A stretch of 64,000 bases of DNA from Asterias rubens. Taxonomy: Eukaryota. Below, piece by piece: positions 39,401 to 51,400 of the stretch. The stretch is taken from positions 15,872,001 to 15,936,000 of the forward strand of contig NC_047072.1 in the NCBI RefSeq assembly GCF_902459465.1, given 5' to 3'. Position numbers and translations under genes: made by a program. Under the pieces are notes generated by a model. It did no database searches, was not told where the DNA came from, and saw nothing but the letters and a program-made list of their open reading frames with translations. Each line of letters starts with the position of its first letter. Position 1 is the stretch's first letter.

Positions 39401-42400
39401 AAAAACAACAGTGCGTGACTTGAATTGTGCTTATCATGCATTAACCAAAATAATATGCATGTTTAACATCTATTAAATTGTTGCAGTAACCGCTGCTCGA
39501 ATATAGGATTCAAACTGCCTCTAGCTTTCAGGCAATCCAGGTTGTCTAGTTGCTCTACATGTAGATGGGTAAAGGATGTGGGTTTGAATCCCTTTTGAGT
39601 ATAAATTAATAACGCAGGAAAGTACTGAATAAACAGAGCTTAGCATGGCATGTCATTTAAGTTTGAGTCCCACCTGAGTAATGTGCCTGTGAAATTTTGT
39701 TCACAGGCCTCTGAAAAGTGTTCAGTTCTTTAAAGTCACCTGGAAGTGGTATTTTGTCAAAATAAAGCTTTTGTCACTAAAATATGTGTTTTGATGAGTG
39801 GAATATGAATAAACAATTATCTAAGGTTTAAAGAAATTAGTTTCCATGTTATTTACAAATTTGAAAAAAAGCCTGACCCGAGAGGGCGCTGTTCGTGACG
39901 TCAATCGAGGCGCGATGAATCGCATGCAGTGCCAAAACAACATATTGACGCTTGGCGCAAGCTAAAAACATGCCCTCAAAGTTGAAACAATACCTGATTT
40001 TTTTTCACGTTAGGCAAATGCTCCGTTAGGTTCGTTACGTCTTTCAGGTACCTTCTTCGACTTCCCCACTAGCTGGACTAATTATTGGGGTGGCGTCATG
40101 TTTTAGAAAAGAACTTTTCTGTTCAGGTCAAAATGTGTAGTGTATTCCGGATTCTCGAAGCACGACGGCTCGAATGAAGTGTTTGCTGCACAGCGCTGGA
40201 AAAGACGTCGGACCGCACAACTTGGCAAACTGACACCATCTTTAGTTTTTTGCTGCATCCAGCAGCAATACACCTGGTCGACATTGCCGGAAAAATGCAA
40301 GAAAAAAACTTTTTCAAAACGTACAAACTAACGACTAGGACTTGAATGTACTTGCCCGTACGTGTGTTCGATGTTCGATCGAGGCAAAGTCTTCCTCGAT
40401 TGACCTCACAAAAGGGGTAGGCGGAGTCACCCCCCACACAACTTTATTTAATTTTTTAACTTATAAATCTTTAAAAACAATTACTCCAAAAATTATTTTA
40501 TTGTTCAGGAATATATACTCTAATGTTTGAAGAAAAATAAAAAATATTTCCAGGTGCCTTTAAACACATTGGTGTATCAGTAAAACCAAATCATATTCTT
40601 GATCACATGCAATAATTACATGTTTCTTCAATACTAATGATGATTTGTTTCTGTGGTTAGGTTTCTTTACTGGTCTGAGCTTGGTTTCATGAGAGGTATC
40701 TTCCGTCTTGACTTGTCTCATCTTATCCCAACTTCATCAACCAATCAACAAGAGCTTATCATTGAAGCTGATGATATAGAATCATTCTTCATTGACCCAT
40801 CGGGATTTCAAGTGATATTCCCTCACGCTACCAATGATACAATCGTGGCATCATTCCTGGATGGATCAGAACAAACCGTACTACGTGTCGACGATGGACA
40901 CATCTTAGAATACTTCACTAATGTTTCCAATCTAATCTACTATAATGAGTTATTTGTGTGGACACGCTATGATGATGTGGAGAAATCCTGTGATTTTGTA
41001 ACTGATCCCTATGGTTACCATGCTGCTTATCTCTATTATGAAACAACACTTGGTGGGATTACAGAGAGTGATAATTTCTTTTGTTCTGAAGCTTATCATG
41101 GATTAGACATCTATCATCCACATTATCAACCAATACCAACTCCATTTAGTCCTCCAACTGGTCTACACGTTTTGTTTCTAGACACGACAGCGGAGGTTTC
41201 TTGGATTAAACCAGTTCAATTTGAAACTGCAGGTAGGATAATAGTTTAGATTTCTTTTAATTTCCAACAGATAATGACTTTGTTTGTTTGTACATGCAAG
41301 AGAGTTCAGTCAAAGTGGTTGGGAATGAATTTAATAGTTTATACATTTTGTAAACGATAGATTGTGGTTTCTTAAAAAGTGACGCACAGTATGTTATTAT
41401 TATAACAGGTCAGGGAGCTTCAAAGTGATGCACAGTATGTTATTATTATTGCAGGTCAGGGAGCTTGAAAGTGATGCACAGTATGTTATTATTATTGCAG
41501 GTCAGGGAGCTTGAAAGTGATGCACAGTATGTTATTATTATTGCAGGTCAGGGAGCATGGCAAGAATGGTCTTATGAAATCGAGTTCCTAGATACAGCTT
41601 TTATGGACTCAGTGCTAGTGGAATCTATACAAGGTGTGACGTCTACCTTAGTAAACCTGACTGCTGAGACCCAGTATATCATCAGAGTTAGAGCCTACTC
41701 AACGGCTGGCAGAGGACCATGGTCAAACAGATTTGTTGGAAGGACTTTAAAATCCGGTTAGTGAAGCTAACCAATGTGGCCAATGTTCCACCAAAACACA
41801 GAGACACTTCTTTGTTAATGATTAGGCTTAAATGGAAACTACCCATTGTATCTTTTTGAATGGTTTGTTTTAAAAAATCCATTAAAGTCCAATACCCAAT
41901 CTTGTAAAAAAAATCACTTGGAATTGAACAGTCTGTTAAAAATTTAATATTCAACAAACAAATCCCTCAAGAATGAATGTTTTAAAACATTTTGAGTTGA
42001 GTAGTTTGCTGCTGCTATGGATATTGAGTGTGCAGCTTCAGGTACAAAATTAATCTAATTAATTCTTGTTGATTAATAATAGCAACCCTAAAGTCCTTAT
42101 TGAAAATTATTGCTCATTGTTTTATTCATCGTTTTATTAATTTTTTAGTTGATGTGGATCCTTTTAGTTGATGTGGATCCTTTTGTCATCTCTTGTTTTA
42201 TTCATTGTTTTACTCATTGTTTAGTTGATGTGGATCCTTTCGTCATCTCTTTTTTTATTCATTGTTTTATTCATTTTTTAGTTGATGTTGATCCTTTCGT
42301 CATCTTTGCCTCAACGAATGGAGTTAAGAGAATTAATTTAGATGGGACAGGATTACACAACGTCATCAATCGAACCAATATTAGAGGTAATCTTAAAATG

Positions 42401-45400
42401 TTATCCTGAGAGAGGCTATGTGTGGAAAGATTGCAGACAAAAGGAAGTGCATAGACATTGGAGTAGAAATCAGTTTGACAAGCCTTTTATATTTTGTTGT
42501 GGCATTTTCAAATCAGCAGTTTCAAACATAATCTGGTGTTTTGTTACCAGCCTACATGTATCTGGTTGCATAAGAGTTTAGACAAGTATGTAGCACTCTG
42601 TACTTGTTCATTAGTTTTGCATCTGGAATATAACAAAAAGTAGTTTTAATGTACGTGTCGATTCTGAAATCTAAATGTTTTTGGGTGAAAAATTATCCAC
42701 ACCATATAACATCGAAGGGAATCCTTTTTCAAAATAACGCATACTATCGACAGCTGCAGTGCTTCTCATCAAGTAAGTTTTTATGATAATTAATTTTCTG
42801 GAGTATTTGTTAATCTACCTTTCAGTACTATGTTTAAAATGTTGGTCATGATTTGAACTGTTTTAGATTTGGCATGGGATATGCGGACATTGTACTGGTG
42901 TGATGAGACGGGGTCTGTGTTCCAGACAGACATTATGGATGCTACAAGAGCAGTGATTGAGCTACCATTTACATCCTATACACAGGCGTTAGCAGTAGAT
43001 TGGTTCACTGGCAAGCTGTACCGAGGTACTAGTATCCAACAGGTAATAAACAAAACAACTTGCTAAGCACAGACAAATCTTGCTTAGCAGAATAAGGTTA
43101 TCAGCCAAAACTCCTTAACATTCACTTTAAAATGACTTATTGCTTATCCTTTTAAAACGGCTTGAGGAAATAAGGCCCTGTGTTCAATTTCATTTAAAGC
43201 TGCCTAAGCACAAAATGTAGCTAAACACAACAAAATTACGCTTACAAGAATAAGGTTACCAGCCAAAGTACCTTGCCACATGGACCATCCGCAAGTGGTA
43301 TTCATCTGCTTGGCAAAAATTGTTCAGCTATATTTTCTGCTTTTAAAACTTTGAAGTTGGGGCCCTGATTAGTTAGCCTTGATAGCCCCCCTAAGGAGCC
43401 GGCCCTGGTGGATGGATGCGATGCAGATTTCATCTGAAATAACTAGAATATCTGACTCAAAGTAAACCCTGCAGTGAACTGTAAACCCTGCAGTGAACTG
43501 TAAACCCTGCAGTGAACTGTAAACCCTGCAGTGAACTGTAAACCCTGCAGTGAACTGTAAACCCTGCAGTGAACTGTAAACCCTGCAGTGAACTGTAAAC
43601 CCTGCAGTGAACTGTTAAGGCCCTTATTAGCTTGCCTTGATAGCCCCCTAAGGAGCCGACACTGGTGAATGGATTCCCTGCAGATTGCATCTGAAATAAC
43701 CAGAATATCTGACTCAAAGTAAACCCTGCAGTGAACTGTTTGGTTTTCTATATTTTAGGATTTGGCAATCGACTCACTTAATGCTTACATGTACTGGACT
43801 ACAACCAAGACTGTTGAATGCTCACGATTTACAAACAAAGAACACTTTGATTATGAACGACTTAGTGGTATATCAGATGACCTCATCGCTGGGTTGACTC
43901 TTGACCTCCGGGGTGGTTTTGTATACTGGATGTCACTGGTGACTGAGGACAGTGCACAGATGCTGAAGCTTTTCAGGGCGCAGTTGGCAGGTACCGGGTA
44001 AGTCAAGACATTTTAAAAACCATCAAATAGTTAATGGTCAGATGTTGTTGACCCTAGCAGAGTCTGTCTTACCATTTTTAAAGGCTAAATGGGAACACAA
44101 CAGACCATACTGGTGTAACATAAGCAGTCAAGTGGAAATAAATGAAAAGGGAGAGAGGGAGAAAGTTAACAGAAAAAGCAAAGGATGAAGACGGAGACAA
44201 GGGGACGGGATGGAGGGAAGGGGCACAAGAGGTTGGAAATAAACGAGACAAAACAAAAGAAGGGAAGAAATGAAGAGAGAGAGAGAGAGCGAGAAAGCAA
44301 ACAGAACAATCAAAGGATGAACAATGAAGACAGAGACAGGAAGGGATGGAGGGAAGGGGCACAAGAGGTTGGAATAAACAAGACAACACCAAAGAAGGCT
44401 AGAAATGAAGAGAGAGACAGAGAGAGGGAGAAAGTAAACAGAAAAAGCAAAGGATGAACAATGAAGACGGAGCGAGGGGACGGGATGGAGAGAAGGGGCA
44501 CAAGAGGTTGGAAATAAACAAGACAAAACAAAAGAAGGGAAGAAATGAAGAGAGAGAGAGAGCGAGAAAGCAAACAGAACAAGCAAAGGATGAACAATGA
44601 AGACGGAGACGGGACGGGATGGAGGGAAGGGGCACAAGAGGTTGGAAATTAACAAGACAAAACCAAAGAAGGCTTGAAATGAAGAGAGAGAGAGGGAGAA
44701 AGTAAACAGAAAAAGCATAGGATGAAGACGGAGACAAGGGGACGGGATGGAGGGAAGGGGCACAAGAGGTTGGAAATAAACAAGACAAAACAAAAGAAGG
44801 GAAGAAATGAAGAGAGAGAGAGAGAGCGAGAAAGCAAACAGAACAAGCAAAGGATGAACAATGAAGACGGAGACAGGGGACGGGATGGAGGGAAGGGGCA
44901 CAAGAGGTTGGAAATAAACGAGACAAAACAAAAGAAGAGAAGAAATGAAGAGAGAGAGAGGGAGAAAGTAAACAGAAAAAGCAAAGGATGAACAATGAAG
45001 ACGGAGACAAGGGGACGGGATGGAGGGAAGGGGCACAAGAGGTTGGAAATAAACAAGACAACACCAAAGAAGGCAAGAGGGAGAAAAGGGAAGGCAACAG
45101 GTCCTTTTGCAATAGCTATTTTTAGGATAATAAATAGTCTTAAGAGTCAGTTCAGGTCAATAATTGACATAGTTGCTCACGGTCAAAAAATGAATTTTTT
45201 TTATACTTTGTGGGTGGAAGGGCCTTGGGGTGCAAGTAAACAAAATTGCATTTTCAACTCTATATATAGCCTGTTGCCATGGTTACGGCTCATTTTGTTT
45301 TTTGGATATTTTAGGCCGATTTTGGGGTCTGAAAAACTGGTTTTTAGCTCATATTTACAACTCCACCCCGCCAAAATGCAAAATTATTTCAAAAAACCTT

Positions 45401-48400
45401 TTATATCACTACAAAGTATCGTCCTTGGCCTTCCTTGAGAAAAAAAATTATTGCTTTAAATATTACCCTTGTGCTATTTTTGCATCATGCATTACAGTAT
45501 GTTTTTAGAACTTGCAAAATCGACATTTTTACCCTATTTTTGGACCCCAAAATGTCAACTTGCCAGGGGTCTCAGAAAATTTTCCTTTCGGCTGTGATTA
45601 GGGCCAACATTGGTCTTTCCATATCTGGTGTCAAAAACTTGGGCAATTGTATCCTGTTGTGACAGTACTGCCTCAAAACTAGACTTTTTTCCAAAAAACG
45701 TGAAAAATGCCTTTTTAAGGGTCTTTTCACATAATATCGACATACGTGTCCATGGTAAAAAAAAAGGAATATTTTTCTTATACTTTGTGGATGGTAGGGA
45801 CTTGGGGTCCAAATAAACAGCATTTACATTTCAAATCATAATATAACACGTTGCCATGGTAACAGTTCATTTGTGTTTAGGCCACTTTAGGCCGATTTTG
45901 GGGTCTGAAAAACTTTTTTTTTTAGTTAATATATACAACTCCACCCCACCAAAAAACAAAAATATTTCATAAAACCTTTAACATCACTACAAAGTATCAT
46001 CCTTGGCTTTACTTGAGACAAAAAAATATTGCTATAAATTTTACCCTTGTGCTATTTTTAGAACGTGCATTAGAATATGTTTTTTTGAACTTGCAAAATC
46101 AACATTTTTACCATATTTTTTGCCCTCAAAATTTCATTTTTTCAGGGGTCTCAGAATATTTTCCTGAGATTTGATTTGTTTGACAATTGTGTGTATAGAC
46201 TGCAAGTCTCTCGCATATTCAAACATTGGGACTCAATTAAGAGGAATAGTTTGCTTCACTCATTGAAGCAAAGTCTGTTTTTTAGACTGGATTTTGTATA
46301 AAATCTTTTGCATTTTGATCGGCCATTTATGTTCAGTTTTAAGAATGTTGCATGTGTTTTCTTGTTTGTGTAATTCCCTTATTTCTTTTGAATGATGTGT
46401 TGCATGTTTTTTTTTTGTGATGTCTTTTATTTTGATTTTGTTCTGTTTGGTGTGTTGGATAAATAGCATGGAGAATCCAGCATCAACCAAAGAAGAAATA
46501 AGTGTGATCCCTTCCAACACCGAGTGAGTATTTTGATTTTAAGAAACAGTTCAAGATTAGCAATAGAATAATTTAGTTTAATTGAATGATATGATATGAT
46601 GTTGAATGATTTGGTTTTACCCATGTGTGTTAAGCTCTGAATGTTCATTAGTTTTCTGCGTTCTGCGATAAAAATCCACATGCCATTCTAGAGCAGATGC
46701 CTTTACCAACTTGACCACCAAGATTTCCTAGTAGCTAGCAGCAGTTCAAATCCATTAGCAGCGAGTACCACAACAAATAAATAACTGTTAAGTTGGCATC
46801 GGGATTAAAAGTATGATTTTGATTTACACATACACCAATGTGTGTATGTATAATTGGTTCTTTCCCGAGTCCTGTGAACAAATCTGACAAAACTGCAGCT
46901 TTTTACTCTCTGTGAATCAGAGACAATTTGGAATCAGACATTAATTTTGATTTGTATTTTAGAAGTGGGTATTTGTTGTAGTAAAAAATCAATTTTTATT
47001 GTACATGTTAATGTGAATTTGTGTTAACTGAATGATGTTGTTGATTACTAGGAGAGTTGCTTTGAGTTTCTACAGTGAGAAGTTAATATGGATTAATGAA
47101 CAAGATGATATCCTTATTGGTAATGTGGAGAACACTTCATTAGCTTCACTCTATACCAACTATGATGCCACAACACTGACTGTAATACAACCTACATTAC
47201 ATTCACTACCAGGTAACTTCTTCTTATACTATCTATGATTCTTTCTGCTTTCATATCATTCAATATGATCCACTGTTTTGAGTAAGGGAGTCTCATGTTG
47301 AATTTCTACATACATGTGTACCTATTTGCATTTAATGAATGGTTGACCAGCTCTTGCTGTTGGCTTTTACCAAATTGAATGACCTTTGCAACCTAATTGA
47401 ATGACCTTTGCAACCAAATTGAATGACCTTTGCAACCTAATGAATTTTAATGCTTTTTTTTACCAGTTAGTACTTAACTGTTGAATTTGAGCTATTCATT
47501 TTGACTTTTGAACGCTTAAGCAATAGATCATTCATCCTCAATCAACATTGAATGAGCTTGGTGTTTAGAGACCATAGCAGCCACCAGCAGCTTGTACCCT
47601 AATGCACATAGTAGCCGGAAACAACTGCAAGATTTGGCCTGGCCAAAAAGCCAATTCGGAATTGCAGCTGCGCATGTTCATTACTGCTGACAATGCAATT
47701 TGTCTATCTCCCGTGACATTTAGACAATACCTGGTATTGTCTAAAGGTCACGGGAGATAACGCAATTTGTCTATCTCCCGTGACCTACCTGGTATTGTCT
47801 AAAGGTCACAGGAGATAGACAAATTGGGTTGTCAGCAGTAACTGTCTAAAGGTCACAGGAGATAGACAAATTGGGTTGTCAGCAGTAACTGTCTAAAGGT
47901 CACGGGAGATAGACAAATTGCGTTGTCAGCAGTAACGGACATGCGCAGCTGCAATTCCGAATAGGCTTATTCACATACATGTAAAGAGGTCAAAGTAAAG
48001 GTTATGTGCCGAATTAACATTTTTTAAAACAAAGTCTAAAACAAAATCATTTTTTTCCTTTTCTTAATAATTGTCCTGACACTGTTTCCTGAAAATAATG
48101 GCCTCCAAAATTGATTATGACCATCCCAAGGTATGGATATCCAGAAATGAAAGGTCTCCAAAGGGTTAATTGGTTGCATTTGTGTTGAAGTTGCTGGGAA
48201 AACCTTTTAACAATCAGTTTTCTTTGTGTATTTTTCAGACGGTTTTACATCAGTACCTACTGTAGTCCCATTCACAATACCAGAAGACTCCATTCAAATT
48301 ACAGGAATGTCGTATAACTTCAATATTACATGGAACGCTAGCAGTGAAGTCACATATGGAACAGTATTTTATGATATTAGTGTGATAGCTGTTGGTGTTA

Positions 48401-51400
48401 CATCGAGCGCTACAGTACAGGTAAGGAGGAGTAACTAGCTGGGGGTTTGGGTGGAGAGGAGTGGACGGGGCCAGGGTTATTGGTTTGAATGCAAAGTTGT
48501 CAAACTGGGATGGTGGCGGTGGTGATGGGCTGGTGGCCACAGTAGTCTGGTGGATGTAGTGGGGTGGTGGGGCCGTTTTAGGGTCAGGGTTATTGGTTTG
48601 AATGCAAAGTAATCAAACTGGGATGGTGGCGGTGGTGATGGGCTGGTGGCCACAGTAGTCTGGTGGATGTAGTGGGGTGGTGGGGCCGGGTTAGGGTCAG
48701 GGTTATTGGTTTGAATGCAAAGTAATCAAACTGGGATGGTGGCGGTGGTGATGGGCTGGTGGCCACAGTAGTCTGGTGGATGTAGTGGGGTGGTGGGGCC
48801 GGGTTAGGGTCAGGGTTATTGGTTTGAATGCAAAGTAATCAAACTGGGATGGTGGCGGTGGTGATGGGCTGGTGGCCACAGTGGTCTGGTGGATGCAGTG
48901 GGGTGGTGGGGCCGGGTTAGGGTCAGGGTTATTGGTTTGAATGCAAAGTAATCAAACTGGGATGGTGGCGGTAGTGATGGGCTGGTGGCTACAGTAGTCT
49001 GGTGGATGTAGTGGGGTGGTGGGGCCGGGTTAGGGTCAGGGTTATTGGTTTGAATGCAAAGTAATCAAACTGGGATGGTGGCGGTGGTGATGGGCTGGTG
49101 GCCACAGTAGGCTGGTGGATGTAGTGGGGTGGTGGGGCCGGGTTAGGGTCAGGGTTATTGGTTTGAATGCAAAGTAATCAAACTGGGATGGTGGCGGTGG
49201 TGATGGGCTGGTGGCCACAGTAGTCTGGTGGATGCAGTGGGGTGGTGGGGCCGGGTTAGGGTCAGGGTTATTGGTTTGAATGCAAAGTAATCAAACTGGG
49301 ATGGTGGCGGTGGTGATGGGCTAGTGGCCACAGAAGTCTGGTGGATGCAGTGGGGTGGTGGGGCCGGGTTAGGGTCAGGGTTATTGGTTTGAATGCAAAG
49401 TAATCAAACTGGGATGGTGGCGGTGGTGATGGGCTGGTGGCCACAGTAGTCTGGTGGATGTAGAGCTGGTGGGGCTGGGGCGGGGTCAGGGTTATTGGTT
49501 TGAATGCAAAGTAATCAATCTGGGCTGTTGACGGTGGTCATGGGCTGGTGGCCACAGTGGGTTGGTGGCCACAGTGGACTATTGGGCTCATTCAAGATAC
49601 AAGTCTGAATGTTTTATCGTTAAACTATACATTGGTTATGGTACATGTTTCTGCACATGACTTTGATGACTTCTGATTTTTTTGTTTTTCTCTTTTAGGA
49701 TGCAGTTTACAACATGAGAGGCATTGATCCATTTCAACCTCTGTCAATCACACTAATGGCTCACACTCACTGGGACATGTCACAGGAAGTGACAGTGACA
49801 AGACAGTCGCCAATGTCAGGTAATAACAATAACAATGATCCATTCCAATCTCTGTCAATCACACTAATGGCTTACACTCACTGGGACATGTTACAGGAAG
49901 TGACAGTGACAAGAAAGTAACCAATGTCAGGTAATAACAATAACAATGATCCATTCCAATCTCTGTCAATCACACTAATGGCTTAAACTCACTGGGACGT
50001 GTTACAGGAAATGACAGTAACAAGACAGTCACCAATGTCAGGTAATAACAATAACAATGATCCATTCCAACTTCTGTCAATCACACTAATGGCTTACACT
50101 CACTGGGACATGTCACAGGAAGTGACAGTGACAAGATAGTCACCAATGTCAGGTAATAACAATAACAATGATCCATTCCAATCTCTGTCAATCACACTAA
50201 TGGCTTACACTCACTGGGACATGTCACAGGAAGTGACAGTAACAAGACAGTCACCAATGTCAGGTAATGACAATGACAATGGTCCATTTCAATCTCTGTC
50301 AAAAACACTAATGGCTTACACTCACTGGGACATGTCACAGGAAGTGACAGTGACAAGACAGTCACCAATGTCAGGTAATAACAATAACAATGATCCATTC
50401 CAATCTCTGTCAATCACACTAATGGCTTACACTCACTGGGACATGTCACAGGAAGTGACAGTGACAAGACAGTCACATGTCAGGTAATAACAATAACAAT
50501 GATCCATTCCAATTTCTGTCAATCACACTAATGGCTTACACTCACTGGGACATGTCACAGGAAGTGACAGTGACAAGACAGTCACATGTCAGGTAATAAC
50601 AATAACAATGATCCATTCCAATCTCTGTCAATCACACTAATGGCTTACACTCACTGGGACATGTCACAGGAAGTGACAGTAACAAGACAGTCAGCAATGT
50701 CAGGTAATGACAATGACAATGGTCCATTTCAATCTCTGTCAAAAACACTAATGGCTTACACTCACTGGGACATGTTACTGGAAATGACAGTGACAAGACA
50801 GTCACCAATGTCAGGTAATGAAAATGGTATCAACACACACAAGGTTGTTATGATTTCACTCTCAATTTTATTGTTAATCCTTACTTTATCTGTTATTTTT
50901 ACTCTTTTTTTCTTTTTTTCTCATTAGATTTTTATTATTCACTATTGGTTGTATAATTATCTGCTTTTATTATTGCTTTATGTACTATATTATGTTAAAT
51001 CTATATTAATTTTACTGTGTACCCTAGATGTGGGGCAACATAATTGGATCATAGTATGTAATTGCTTTTGTTGTCCCTTGCCCATCTCGGGGTATATTGT
51101 CTTGTATTTTGTTTTGTACTGTTATGGCAAATAAAATAATAATATTAATAATAATAATTTACAACAACTGAAAACGATTTTTTAAATACAATATTTTAAA
51201 TATATAGGCCAAACTGCCATGTTTTTTTTTTTATATAACAAACCAACTGAAAATTACTCCCCCTCCCCCTATATGAGCATAGAGAAGGAGCATGGCAAGG
51301 TCTTTATATAAAATAAAGTTGATGGTCTTAACTCGTTCTCTATTCTACAGTTCCAACAATTCCTGAGAATTCCAGAGCCTTTGTAACTGAAGATAAGAAT

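Noticed and set aside
44078-45438. Many overlapping 90-300-aa ORFs
   Set aside because: Low-complexity purine/pyrimidine tandem repeat; the pyrimidine-rich strand is simply depleted of stops.
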